64,000 nucleotides of DNA from Octopus vulgaris (GCA_951406725.2 OX597815.1:79670001-79734000); one strand, 5' to 3'. Positions 14,753-29,172 are shown, counted from the stretch's first letter. The notes: generated by a model not told the origin, from the sequence alone. Numbers and translations are program-made.

Positions 14753-15847
14753 CACCACCACCACTGAAGCAATATTGAATCAATAAGTGAGCGTTTGCAA
14801 AATTGCTTGACCTATAGGAATTAGCAGTTAGAACCCCCCCTCTCATATTACACCCCATTGTTTTAGAAAAGAATGGGACATTGATTAGTTTGGTCCTGGG
14901 TGGTCTGTATCTTGGGAAATGATGGAATAGAAACGGTTGAAATGTCTGACCTTAGGTCCACTCAATCAGAATTGACTGATATACTGACTAGAGATAATTG
15001 CCTCTGGTGAATAATAGCATTGCAGTTGGAAACATCCAACCATTCATCTTTGATATCAGTTCGTAACAGGCGGTAACAGCAAAAAGATAAGATTAATTTT
15101 CGCGCCTAAAGGCTTGCTAGAACATCCTAGGAAGTTGTGGTGAACATATAAAAAGCCCTGAAGTACAGTTTTCTCGAGGGATATTTCTCATTATGGCCGG
15201 AGACTACGTGTCTTTAGGACCACGTTTAATACGATAAATTTTCATACCTCAACTTTATTATTCTTTTATAATCATATTCTAATGTATAGGAAGTATTTTA
15301 GCTCTGATCTTTTGACAATATCATTACATCTTGATTCACACGCATAACGTGCATAGAACAAAGTATACATTATGTATTGAACATGTTTAGCGTTATTAAC
15401 AAACGTTGTTGAAAGTGATTATTTTTCTTATTAATTATTTGACATATAACACAACTAAAAATAATGTCATTGTAATATTTATAATGTCAGACAAAACACC
15501 CAGCAATATTTAGTTATGCACGAAGGCGACGAGCTGGCAGACTCATTAGCGCGCCGAGCAAAATACTTAGCAGCATTTCGTCTATCTTCACGTTCAACCC
15601 ATCCCTTCCTCTGAAATTGCTGGCCTTGCGCAATATTTGATACCAATATTTAGTTATGCATCTTTGCGTTCTGAATTCAAATCTCAGATTTCTTCGTTCA
15701 GGGTTAATAAAATATTATTCAATGAAATACGGGTAGATATAATGGACGGTAACTTTTCCCTACATTTGAAGCCTTGTGCCTGTGTTACAAATTAGTATTT
15801 ATATAATGAAAAGGTTCTCTTCCTTCTTCTCAAGGCCTAGTCATGTA

Positions 15848-16026
15848 TAGGGTGTCCATATATTATCTTTACAACTTGATCCATCAATCAACTTTGCACC
15901 ACTGGCAATCGACTATTTCTTTTCATCGAGATGGTACGTCATCCCTAAAACTCTGATTAGTTATCTTTATTTTTCAATTTTTTCCCTGAATTTTTCAAAT
16001 TGTAAAGGTAATTTATGGACACCCTG
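15848..16026. mobile_element. Mariner-type MITE
   Basis: TIRs (T/C)AGGGTGTCCATATATTATCTTTACAA and TTGTAAAGGTAATTTATGGACACCCTG, flanked by TA on both sides. Confidence 0.8.
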
Positions 16027-16319
16027 TATATTGAGAAGCTGGTTTAAATTTTTATCAGGAAGGAGAGTAGTGTCCATGATCCTTCACAGGGCCTTCTAGG
16101 TTGACGGAACTGAGGAAGTTGTCTTCAAACCGGTGAAAAGGCCTGAAACGTTGCAATAGAGTGGGCTCTACTGAAGGCAACTGAGATTTTAAGTGGTGGT
16201 TTATGCCGGGCTTCAGAATAACTCTACCACAACATTAACTCTACCAATTCTATATTTCTGAGATGAAAAATTTATATTATGTACACTGTTTAAGCACAAG
16301 CCCGAAATTTTTTGGGAGG

Positions 16320-16968
16320 GGACCAGTCGATTAGATTGATCCCAGTACGCAACTGGTACTTAATTTAACGTAACGATAGATGAAATGCCTATTTTTTTAC
16401 TAAACACAGAGAGGACAAACAAGGACAGACTTAATCAGTCGACTATATCGACCCAGTGCGTAACTGGTACTTATTTAATCACCCCGAAAGGATGAAAGGA
16501 AAAGTCGACCTCGGCGGAATTTGAACTCAGAACGTAACGGCAGGCGAAATACCTATTTCTATACTACCCACAAGGGGCTAAACACAGAGGGGACAAACAA
16601 GGACAGACAAAGGGATTAAGTCGATTATATCGACTCCAGTGCATAACTAGTACCTATTTAATCGACCCCGAAAGGATGAAAGGCAAAGTCGACCTCGGCG
16701 GAATTTGAACTCAGAACGTAACGGCAGACGAAATGCCTATTTCTTTACTACTCACAAGGGGCTTAACACAGAGAGGACAAACAAGGATAGACAAAGGGAT
16801 TAAGTCGATTATATCAATCCCAGTGCGTAACTGGTACTTATTTAATCGACTCCGAAAGGATGAAAGGCAAAGTCGACCTCGGCGGAATTTGAACTCAGAA
16901 CATAAAGACAGACGAAATACTGCTAAGCATTTCGCCCGGCTTGCTAACGTTTCTGCCAGCTCGCCGCC
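16320..16968 (-). mobile_element. tRNA-derived SINE with tandemly amplified ~184-bp body (~3 units)
   Basis: Head GGCGGCGAGCTGGCAGAAACGTTAGC...GAGTTCAAATTCC at the 16968 end. The block CCCCGAAAGGATGAAAGGCAAAGTCGACCTCGGCGGAATTTGAACTCAG recurs at ~16482, ~16666 and ~16850. Confidence 0.85.
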
Positions 16969-17036
16969 ATGTACGCAGTTTATATTAATTTATATTATAT
17001 TAATGGTACTGGTGTCTTCATCTTGATTGTTGCTTT

Positions 17037-17078
17037 CACTATGTTTCGGCTCTTGTTCGCTCCAACCTACTTCAGGTG
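17037..17078 (-). ncRNA. Degenerate hammerhead motif (same repeat family as 61251-61395)
   Basis: Minus strand CAC-CTGAAGTAGG...CC-GAAACATA-GTG followed by CAAGATGAAGAC, homologous to the 61287-61355 copy. Confidence 0.5.
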
Positions 17079-17721
17079 TTTTGTGATTCACGTTAACATT
17101 TTTTATTTTACCTTAATCACCCAACATTAAGTCCACCATCCTAGTGTACTATGAAAAATGTGCACGCATGATGTGTGTGTGTATGTCTTACAAATGAAAA
17201 AAGTTTCGAATGAGTTTATGTGGTGTAGATATGAATGGTAGAAAGGGTGATTTGCTCGTTTTAAGCTGGGATAGTGCGATTCGTTTGCATTGATATCTGT
17301 GTAATTAGGAGATAATATTTTAGTATTTCGTTGTATGAGAGGGATATGAGATACATGGAAAAGACATTTCCGAAATATTCTGCTTCTATAAACTTTTACC
17401 CTCGCCAGGCTAGTGGCAGTACTGCTGTGTTCATCGTCGTCATCGTCGTTGTTATCATCATCGTCACCACCGCCACCGCCGCCGCCATCCCCCCCTCCTC
17501 CTCCTCCTCCTCATCATCATCCTCATTCATTAGAAACTATGATAAACGAATTTATTAAAACGAACAATAACAAAGTCTACTCCCCCCACTACTACTACTA
17601 TCACCATAAGCGTTGCCATTACCAACAGAAACAACAGAAGCCACTATATCCTTTCATACCCAACAACTATCACTAAGAAAAATCAACATCAACACCATCC
17701 TGATCACGATCATCATCATCG

Positions 17722-17773
<52 letters not shown>

Positions 17774-18050
17774 TATCATCATAATCATCATCATCATCAT
17801 CGTAGTCGTCGTCATTGTAGTCGTCGTCGTCATCATCATCACCAATATCTCACTATAACCACCACCACCACCACCACCAGCCGCAGTGGCAGTATGAAAT
17901 TCATTGTTATCATCAATATGAACAATTACATTCATGTAATAAAATAATGTAAAAAAAAACAAAACACAGCTAATTACATCAAATACACCTTATTGCAACC
18001 ATTATTTCCACTACCGAAATCTACAGCAAACACTATTAAGCAACCAACAA

Positions 18051-18081
<31 letters not shown>

Positions 18082-18307
18082 AAAACAACAACAGCAAAAA
18101 CCAACAGTGTACTACTATATAAAACCAAACCACAGTGTCAACAGTGGAAGTATCGTTATACTCGACAAATGATTAACGAATATAATAACAATAGGGACGC
18201 CATTATTTATTGGTTATGACGTCAGAGCCGTTCTCGGCTTCCACCTTCCTTACCGTCTCTCGCCAACTTCACAATAAGGATATCCACCTCAACTACTGCT
18301 GCTGCTT

Positions 18308-18346
<39 letters not shown>

Positions 18347-18883
18347 GAACCACTGCTACCACATCCGCCGCCGCCACCACCACCACCACCACTACCACCA
18401 CGACGACCACCACGACCGCCACGATGACCACGACCACGACAACCACGACCACGACAACCACGACCACGACAACCACCGCCATCACCAACACCACTACTAC
18501 CAACACCACAGCAACCGCGTATACCAACAACACCGCTGCCATCATCCACATCTGTCAATAGTTATCATCACTACGAATGCCCCCGACACATCTTCCTCAT
18601 TACTGCATTGACCACCATTAATTGCCAACATGTCAATTGACAGGGTCAACAACAGCAAGCAACACGAAAATCACGACAACGACGACGACGACGACGATCA
18701 CCACCACCACCACCACCACCACCACCACCCACCACCACCAGTTACTGCAAGTACTACAACTGAATAGTTATATAACCATTTTCCAACCACTATCACAACC
18801 ACTAACATTGCAACCACTATCAACATCACCAGTATCATCAATACCACCACCACCACAACCACCACAGAAAAAAATTGCTTAAC

Positions 18884-21800
18884 ATGGAAAATTTGTTGAC
18901 TTGCGTGGTGCAGCTGCAACAACAACAGCAACAACAACAACAACAACAACAGCAACAACAGCAATTACAACAACTACAACAGCAACAATAGCAGTTACAA
19001 CAACACCTACAACAGCAACAACAACAATACCAACAGTTACTGGAAGTGATGTTGAAGAAAATTCAATTGGAGAACTTATTTATAATCCAGAACAATGTAC
19101 TACTTTTTCTGCATATTTTAGAAAATTCGAAGAAATCTTCAAAGAAGAATGTAAAAATTGAAATGACGAGAAGGTGTGTCTACTTTCAAGAAAGTTAACC
19201 CCTGTCAAACACGAAAAATACTGTAAGTATAGTCTGCCGAAGAAACCAAGTGAAATTTGTTTCTATAAAACAGTTAATTTGTTATCGAGAATTTTCAGTG
19301 AAGGAAGTTCCCTGTTCAATACTCGTTGGCAATGTTTAGATTTAGTTAAAGATGATGAAGATTTCGTCCCCTATGCTGGGATGGTTAACAGAGAGGGTGA
19401 AAATTCAAATTAAATGAATTAACCATGGATTTGCTCAAATGTCTAACTTCTGTTCAAGGGTTAATATCAAGAAAAGATACTGATATACGTTCCCGTATAT
19501 TAACAAAATTAGAACAGGACTAAACATTAACTCTACAGGCAGTGGCTGAAGAATGCCAGAGGATTATAAATTTAAGGCATGTCGCAGATAAAATTGAAGA
19601 AAAAGATTACTCTCAGATACACGCGTATCGTCCTGAAACAGATAAGGAAAAAAAAAGAACGAATCCATGCTATGGGTACGGAAGTTTACATTTTAAAAGT
19701 AATTGTCCTTTTAAAAATTGTAAATGTATTGATTGTGGAAAATTCGGACATAAGAGTTCGCATTGTATAGCGAAAAAAAAATGGGTGAAACAAAAACATA
19801 TTCTAGAAAGAATGTATAGTTTAAAAAATCCAAACCGAAGCTCAGAAAAGGAAATTTGTGTCCATAAAAATGAATAATGTGAATATCAAGTTACAATTGG
19901 ATACAGGAAGCGATATCTCAATAATTAATACAGATATATGGAGAAAAATAGGGAACCCTAGATTAAAGGAAACTTCGAAAATTGTGCGAGGTGTTTCAGG
20001 AAAAAAATTGCATTTTATGGGCGAAATGATAAGTGATGTTACATTTCGTGGAAATCCTTGAAAGCCAAAGTTTTTGTATTGAAAACTACGACAAATTTAT
20101 TTGGAACAGACTGGATGGAACTATTTAACTTATGGGACCTCCCTATAAATATTTTTAGTAAAAATGTGAATGGTTCTTCTGCCAGTAAAAAATAAGGCGT
20201 TGGAGGATTTAAAAAAAGAATTTAAAAAAATTTCCTGGAGTTTTTCTGAGGAATTAGATCTTTGCACCAAAACAGAGACGAAATTTCAAGAGAAAGAAAA
20301 CGCTATACCAGTATTTAAACCTAAACGAACGGTACCTTTCGCAGCGTTGAAATAAGTCAACGAAGAATTTGATAGACTTGAAAAGCTTGGCGTTATTAAA
20401 AATATTGATTACTTAAAATAGGCGTCCCCAAAAATTTATGTAAAAGAAAACAAAACAATCGCTGATTTCTCAGCGGGATTAAACGAATGTTTGATGCCAT
20501 ATAATTATCCGTTACTTAGTCCGGGAGAAATGTTCGCGAAGTTGAACGGAAGAAAATCTTTTTCAAAAGAATATTTGCTGGTAAAAATAGATGAGGAATG
20601 TTAAAAATTATTGACAATAAATACTCGTAAGGGTTGTATAAATTTAATCAGCTCCCCTTTGGTATAAAGGTAGCACCTGGCATTTTTCCAACAAATTATG
20701 GACATTATACTCGCAGGTTTGGATTTCGCTGTAGCTTACCTTGACGACATACTCATAAAAAGTGAATCCCGAGGCCAGCATGCTGAGCATGTTAAAAAGG
20801 TTTTCGAAAGAATAAAAGAGTATGGTTTTAAGCTCAGCGAGGAAAAGTGTGACATTTTTATGCCAAGAATAAAATACCTTGGGCAGATTATTGATGAAAA
20901 TAGCCGCATACCAAACCCGTCGAGGGCGAGTGAAATAAAAAATATGCTTCTCCCAACAAACATTATAACGTTACAAGCATTTTTGGGGTTTGCAAATTAC
21001 TACCAGGTATACATACTGAATATGCACGATTGAAGGGCATCCCTGAATAACTTGTTAAAAAAAGACGTTAAGTGGAAATGGTCGGGAAAATGCCCAAAAT
21101 CTTTTGAAAAGATTAAAAACCTCTTAACGTCGGAATTGTCGTTATCACATTTTGAACCGAACTTAGAAAGAGTACTGGCAGCAGATGCTAGTGAAAGTGG
21201 TATCGGAACTGTGATTTTACATGAGTATGAAGATGGTAGCCTGAAAGCCTCGTGGTCTTTATTGCTGGCTGAGAAAAGTTACAGTCAAATAGAAAAGGAG
21301 GAAAAAAATCCATAAATTCTTACATGGAGGAAGGTTTCATTTGCAGACAGATCACCGCCCATTGTCGATCTATGAATCAAAAAAGGGTATCCTCACTCAT
21401 ACAGCCAACATATTGTAGTACTGGGGAACGATCCTACTGAATTACGACTTTAAGATGGAGTATTTGCCATCGAAAAAATTGGGATATGGAGTTAAGATTA
21501 ATACCAAAATACAGTGAACCACTAGAAGACACAGTGATAGTGGCGTAAAAGCCGAAAGTGAAATAAAAAACATATATTGTACAATGTTGTGCACGAATTG
21601 CTTGTGAAATTGGAGGAAATAAAAATTAAGGCAGAAAACGGACGAGTTTGTCATAAAAATAAAAATATAGTAAGATCAGAAGAAACAAATAAGAAAAATA
21701 CGTGTGGCTGGATGTAACACAGTTTCGAATCTGTATTCGATATGTGATAATGTTCTTATGCATGCACAGAGGGTCGTAATGCCTACCTCACTACAAAGTC

Positions 21801-22800
21801 GAATGTTAAAGGAATTCCGCACTGGACATCTAGGAATTTCTAGAATGAAGTCACTTATGACGAGTTACATTTACTAGTTAAAAATAGATCTAGTTATTGA
21901 GAAGTTGGTAAAATCCTACAGAGCGTGTGCCTTTGCCGAGAAATCACCACCTATAAAATTTCAACCCTAGCCCAAGACCGACATTCCATGATCCAGACTA
22001 CACATAGACTTCGCAGGACCGTTAAACCGTTCATATTATCTCACAGGGGTCAGAAATGTGTAAATGTAGCAAACCGACATCCACGATAACAGTCAAATTT
22101 CTACACGAACATTTTGCTAGGTATGGTGTCCCGGATACCATAATCTCCGATAACAGCACACAATTCATGGCGACTGAATTTAAGAATTTTTGCAAGATGT
22201 ACTCAATTGAACATATTACTACTTCTCCATATCACCAAAGATCTAACGGGAAAGTGGAAAGGTTCGTGGATACATTTAAAAGAACATTAAAGAAATCAAG
22301 AAAGGTACTAGTCGATGACGCAGCATTGGCACACTTCTTGAGGGTTTATAGGATAACACCAAACCCAGATGCTTTTTCAGGCAAGTCGTCTGCTAAACTA
22401 AGGTTTGCTCGAAAAATAAAGTCAGATTTTGACAAGCTGCTACCAGTAAGAAAAACAAATAGGGAAAACGCTAAAAATACGACAAAGTTTTTTAATATCG
22501 ATGACAAGGCGTTTTTCAAAATATATAAAAGTGAAAGACAAGGTTGGGCAGACGAAGTAGTAACAAAAAGAATAGGCAAAATGACATATATGATAATAAG
22601 AGGCGAAAATGGGAACAAAGGCATTTAAACCAGGCAAAAACTAGATATATGGAAAAAAAGAAAAGTGATGCCCATGGAAGTGTTCTATGACATCTTACAT
22701 GTTCCAATGCCATAAGAAATCGAACCTAGTCGTAGCAGCACAAGAAAGAGGAAACAAACAGAACGGCTGGAAGTAGTGTCTAAACGGAAGAAATATTAAA
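18884..22800 (+). mobile_element. Ty3/Gypsy LTR retrotransposon gag-pol, pseudogenised (K02A2.6/Mag-like)
   Basis: Domain relics in order: gag (YNPEQCTTFSAYFRKFE), Zn knuckle CIDCGKFGHKSSHC, protease LDTGSDISII, RT AYLDDILI, RNase H LAADASESGIG, integrase LHIDFAGP / ISDNSTQF / SNGKVERFV. The PR-RT-RH-IN order is Gypsy. Many stops and frameshifts. Confidence 0.93.
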
Positions 22801-22821
22801 CTTCCCTAGGAGAAAAATCTC

Positions 22822-23232
22822 AAAAAGGGAGATGTGATGAAAGAAAAATAAACAAATAAAAATGATAATATTAACTTCCAAAGAAAGACAATCTCAAAGG
22901 TGGAAGTGTTGTGGCTAGAGTCATTGACACCCCTGGGAGATTGGAAGAATGGACTAGCCGAACTCTTATAAAGAGTAGAGGTCGGGAGTAGTCGTGACAG
23001 GGCGTTTTGGTAGTCTTGTGAAGTACGTCGTGTAAACACATTGATTAACCTCCGCTTCATTAATTTATATATCCAACGTATGTCAATGATATAAAATATA
23101 CTGACTGGATTATTAAAGGCTCTAGTCATTTATTGACTTCAACCAGAGATTAAGTGTATGTGGTATAAGAGGGGAAACAATTATGAATTGAATCCTACTG
23201 GCAGACATATTAGGAGCTTAAGACACCTTTAC
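22822..23232 (+). mobile_element. Polypurine tract and probable 3' LTR of the Gypsy element (right boundary uncertain)
   Basis: AAAAAGGGAGA is immediately followed by TGT at 22833, with TATAAA at ~22967. No matching 5' LTR is seen. Confidence 0.5.
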
Positions 23233-23904
23233 AGTAGTTTTTGAGTATTCTTCCTCTCTCTTTCTCTCCTTCTCTCTTTCTCTCTTTCTCTCCTTCTCTC
23301 TTTCTCTCCTTCTCTCTGTCTCTCCCACTCTCTCTCACTTTCCCTCTCTTTCATACACATACTAAACATTTATGTACACATACAGAAACACAAACACTCA
23401 AAAATGTGCATATAAATACGCAAACACACACACACGCGCACTCACATACACACATACATTCATGAAAAAAGAAAAATGCGTACATACACATCTTTGTATT
23501 GTGTTTGTGTGTGTGCGAGTGCATACGTATGTGTGCGTGTATATATGTACGTAGAAGTATACAGCCACGTATAGACAGCGCTACAAGTATGCATACTGTC
23601 CACACATAATGTGTATAATGAAAAATAAAAGCATTACGAGGCAACGTTGACATTGGCAACTGGAACAAATTTCAAGAGTAAAGACGACGAAGGTAAAAAC
23701 AACAGCTATAAAAAGAGAGAGAAATCTAATAGCCGGAAGTAGTGCCATTGTGAACAGCAGAAACGTAGCTAATCACTATGGCAACAATATTTTTTGTGTG
23801 TGTTGTTTATTACGTTTATGTTATAAGCGATGACCAACAGTAAACGAAACTATCAGAGCGTATGCATGTGTGTGTGTCTCTGAGAATCACCGGTTGTCTG
23901 CCGA

Positions 23905-23990
<86 letters not shown>

Positions 23991-23992
<2 letters not shown>

Positions 23993-24284
23993 AGGCGCAA
24001 TGGCCCAGTGGTTAGGGCAGCGGACTCGCGGTCGTAGGATCGCGGTTTCGATTCCCAGACCGGGCGTTGTGAGTGTTTATTGAGCAAAAACACCTAAAAG
24101 CTCCACGAGGCTCCGGTAGAGGCTGGTGATCCCTGCTGTACTCTTTCACCACTCTTTCTCCCAGTCTTTCTTCTGTTAGCCTGCTCGCTTAGCCAGCGGG
24201 GTGACGTCATTCGAAGGCTAAAACAATGCGAACGCATTGTGACCAGCGATGTGTAACTACATCTGATGGACTGGTCGGTCACGT
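23991..24284 (+). mobile_element. tRNA-derived SINE
   Basis: A-box TGGCCCAGTGG and B-box-like GTTTCGATTCC. The body is repeated at 24983-25160 and 3788-3905. Confidence 0.85.
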
Positions 24285-24361
24285 ATATATATGCACATAT
24301 GTATATACATATATACATAAATATATATACATATATACATATACATACATACACACACACA

Positions 24362-24401
<40 letters not shown>

Positions 24402-24636
24402 TACACGCACACATATATATATATATATATATATACATACATATATCATATATATATATATATATAAACATACACACACATACCTAAATACATTTATTTA
24501 GTTATTTGCATATATACACACTCATATACATACACATATGCATATACAAATATGCATATGCAGAGACACACATGTATGCTTGTACACGAACACTCAGTTA
24601 CATATAACATAAATTTAACATATGCACATCTAGGCA

Positions 24637-24719
<83 letters not shown>

Positions 24720-24799
24720 GTGTGTATGTGTGTGCGCGTATATACCCATATATTCATTCATACATACATACTAATATATACATATATATATATATTTTA

Positions 24800-25160
24800 T
24801 ACACTCTTTACTCTTTTACTCGTTTCAGTCATTTGACTGCGGCCATGCTGGGGCACCGCCTTTTAGTCGAGCAGACCGACCCCAGGACTTAGTCTTTGTA
24901 AGCCCAGTACTTATTCTATTGGTCTCTTTTGCCTAAAAGCTAAGTTACGGGGACGTAAACACACCAACATCGGTTGTCAAGCGGCAGGGGGTGGTGATCC
25001 CTGCTGCACTCTTTCACCACTCTTTCTCCCACTTTCTTCTGTTGGCCTGCTCGCTTAGCCAGCGGTGTGGCGTCGTTCGAAGGCTAAAACAATGCGAACG
25101 CATTGTGACCAGCGATGTGTAGCAACATCTGATGGTCTGGTCGGTCACGAGATCACGTGA
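24800..25160. mobile_element. Two abutting SINE fragments (minus-strand tail 24800-24982; plus-strand body 24983-25160)
   Basis: The first part is the reverse complement of the 44300-44470 tail. The second part matches 24117-24284. Confidence 0.75.
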
Positions 25161-25210
25161 TATATATATATATATATATAAATATACATATATATATATA
25201 TATGCTATAT

Positions 25211-25243
<33 letters not shown>

Positions 25244-25248
25244 CATAT

Positions 25249-25335
<87 letters not shown>

Positions 25336-25444
25336 GTAAAAAGTGAAAAAACTACAGAAGGCTTAAAGGTTAAAAAATATATATATTTGCGTCAATATGT
25401 CTGAAGAATATTAAAAATGTTTTTCTTACAATAACATAATTTAG

Positions 25445-25483
25445 AAGAAAGACCGGTTTCGCGTTTAGCTTTTCAAATTTCTT
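25445..25483 (-). ncRNA. Minimal type I hammerhead motif, U3-A8 core variant
   Basis: Minus strand AAGAAA-T-TTGAAAA-GC-TAAAC-GC-GAAACCGGTC-TTTCTT: 6-bp stem I, 2-bp stem II, palindromic ACCGGT stem III, GUC site. Confidence 0.7.
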
Positions 25484-25598
25484 GCGACGTTATGTTTATA
25501 TTGAACAGAGTTATATTTATGTTTATGTTTAAAAGAGTTCTAAATAAGGGGAGGTAGTGAGTGATTTCTTCCGGTGTAAGGGAGATAATCGCTTGAAA

Positions 25599-27152
25599 TT
25601 AAAAAAAAATTTTTTTTCCTTTCCCTTGGTGTGAATTTCTCTGTATCAGTATGTTGGCATGGTTAAGTCTGGGCTTGTACTTTTCAATGAAGAATGTTTC
25701 CTTGTTTAGTCTAATTTGTGTTGATGATCCGATAGCACATTGGTAAAATGGAAAGATTAAAAATTGTGGCAGTAGTTGCTTTGCGCATTTCTCAATGTGC
25801 TCACTAAAAGGTATCATTCTGTATTCTGGGAATGCAATCTGTTGTCGATGCAGTGTGCATCTACGTCTGAGTGATAGTCCCGTGGATCCCACGTAGTCTT
25901 GGTGGCAGCCCGAGCATTTTATGACATAAATTATGTTTTCAGAGGCACAAGTAAAGTTAGATTTGATCTTGAATTTCTGTCCCTCTTTAAAGAGGAATTC
26001 TGATCCTTCTAGCAGGTTTGGACATGTTGCACAGTTCGATCTACCACATTTTTTTACTTTTGCATCCGTAATTTCAGAAAACAATTTTGCCTTTTTGAGA
26101 ATCTTTTTAAGTGATTTAGGTTGTTTGTAGCTTTTAATGATTTGGTGTATGTTTAGAATTTCCTTTAATTTGGGGTCCTTATGAAGTATTGGTAAATTCT
26201 GGGTGATGATGGTGAAGGCTTCTTTGTTTCTGGGGTTGTATGTAGATATGTAAGGTAGTATTTTCGGGGAAGGTGTGTTGTTGTGTTGAACTTTTCTTAA
26301 AGTTTCTATGTTGATTTCTGTTGCACGTCTGATCCCATCCTCTATGAGTTGAGCTGGGTAGTGTCTGTCAATTAGGGTGTTTTTGAGTTCTTGCAGTCTA
26401 AAGTTCCTGGTATTTTGTTCTGACACTATTGTGCATATCCTTCTTGCAAGGTTGAAGGGGATGTTTGTTTTAGTGTGTCTTGGGTGGCATGAATTAAAAA
26501 GAAGGTATTGTTTGGCGTCTGTGGCTTCGTAAAAAATGTCTGTTTCTATTTTAAGGCTAATTTTTTAAATTAGTATATCCAAGAACGGGAGCTCCTTTTG
26601 GTTGTATTCCATTGTGAACTGTATATTTGGGTTTATGCTGTTCAATAGGTTTTTAAATTTTAGGAGTTTATCTGTGTTTTCATTCCAGAGTATAAAACAA
26701 TCGTCTAAGAATCGTTTCCAATTCTCTTTTATGTATTGAAAAAGGGGGTTTCCAAAGATTGATAAAGATTCCTGGTAAATGATTATTTCCATGTAGCCCA
26801 TTGTTAGGTTCGCAATGACTGGTGCTGCCCTTGTACCCATAGCAATTCCGGATTTTTGACGGTAAAATGTATTGTTAAACATGAAGTGGTTATTATGTAG
26901 GATGAATTCAATTGATTTAGTAATGAATTCTTTACTGATCCTTTTTGGTATTTCTTCCGGAAATTGGTCCAGCCAGAACTGTATTGCCTCTAGTCCATAA
27001 TTATGAGGTATACTGGTATACAAGTTAACTACATCAAATGAAACCAAGATTGTTTCTTCCTTGGCTTTTTTTGGGAGGTGGTTTAACATATCTAAGTCAT
27101 CTCTGATATGGCTATCGATATGTTTAAGGAAGGGTTTCAGGAGGATGTCCAT
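25599..27152 (-). pseudogene. PLE reverse transcriptase + GIY-YIG endonuclease (frameshift near 26567)
   Basis: RT motifs LVSFDVVNLYTSIP, GIAMGTRAAP, WKRFLDDCFI, LPFLDI. Endonuclease CASENIIYVIKCSGCHQDYVGST...H...E...PRLN. Confidence 0.92.
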
Positions 27153-28544
27153 GGTTTCGTTAGAGCTTCTCGAAAACATATACTTTTTGTAGAGACGCAT
27201 CAATCATGAATTGGGTAGAAGACATGAGATTCTGTACCAGTTGCTAAAACAATATTATCCAATGTGTTGGGCCTCAGTAAAATTAGGAGGCTATTTCAAG
27301 CTTTTCCATTAGTTTCTCTTGACAATTCAAGGAAAGTTGTGTTTGGAAGTAACATGTTAAAAAGTCTGTTGTTCTCAAACGGTGTATCTACTGTGAATGC
27401 TCACAGCACTGCAAACTCTTCAAAAAGCACCCAAGGACCAGGAGACGAGGATAAAGTAGGTGACGTATTCAACCTACCATTTGAAAGCAGCAAGAAAGAA
27501 GAGACCGCTGTGTGTTTATCATGGAATGTTTGTTGCTATCAGAAAGAGAGAAGAAAATGTAGAAGATATGAAAAAGGGAAAGGATATTTGGACAGAATGT
27601 TAGAAAAGGTTGGTTGATAGATTAGGTAGACAGAGAGGCTATTAACACATATTTTACGGCGTGAATGTCCTTAAGATCAGTGAGAGTCTTAGATCTGACA
27701 AGAATGATAATAGATCTATGAAAATTTAAAATTATAATGTCCAGGAGGGGAAAAATAGAAAAAAAAAGTAAAATAAGCTAAACTTAGATGTTGCTAGTGT
27801 TGTAATTTTTTTTTTTTTTATCAACAGTAGCGAACAGGAAAATTCATTATACGTCGGACAAAACGTTTAGCAGCATTTTTCCGCCTCTGCATTTTAAGCT
27901 CAAATACCGCTGAGGTCAATTTTGCTACTCATGCTATTGGATCGATAAAGTAAAGTACTAGTCAAGTGGTGGTGCTGGCGCAATCGATCTGCCCCTAACT
28001 AATCGACTTGCCCTCTTCCTCTAAAGTAGCTGGCCTTGGGCCAAAATTTGAAACAGTTGTTGTTATTGATGTTGTTTAACTCTCGGAAAACTCCTATCAA
28101 GTGAGCATATGATCAAAGGTATTCCAGACATTAATTCTCGCGTCATTTCAAGAGTTTCTAGAACTATGTTAGTCTAATGTGTGCTTCTCTTTATTAAGAT
28201 GGTAGGATCTGATTTGAGGGACATTTGAAGATTTGGCTGCAAGCTACTTCACTGGTCAGACACTTTGAAATGGTTTCTTATACTAGAATAAATACTTTGA
28301 AGGAAATACTTTGTAGTATGCAACAGAAGCATATATTTAAGTGAAACAAATCTACAGACTTGAAAAGGGATTACAGATTTGACTAATCGAGATTCACTCG
28401 CTGCTATTCTTTGGCGTTCACCGAAAGGGGTTTAGAAATGTATGTCCTATCATGACGCACGAAGCTTTAGACATTATGAAGAAATGAGAAGTTGTGACGT
28501 TCACTTATCCAATAGTACCAACAACTTAAAGCGGAGAAAAAGTC

Positions 28545-29172
<628 letters not shown>

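Larger units (their letters stand above)
25331..27152 (-). mobile_element. Penelope-like element (PLE), 5'-truncated, 3' end in (AT)n
   Basis: RT and GIY-YIG coding remnants followed by a 3' region with a hammerhead-like motif, abutting the (TA)n tract at 25255-25330. Confidence 0.9.

Noticed and set aside
16108-16155. CTGAGGAAG...GAAACGTTG hammerhead-like spacing
   Set aside because: Stems I and II do not pair convincingly.
16320-16968. Regularly spaced repeats resembling a CRISPR array
   Set aside because: Whole ~184-bp units repeat with no unique spacers; eukaryotic SINE sequence and no cas genes.
23991-24065. Possible tRNA gene
   Set aside because: It is the head of a multi-copy SINE; no proper acceptor stem or terminator.
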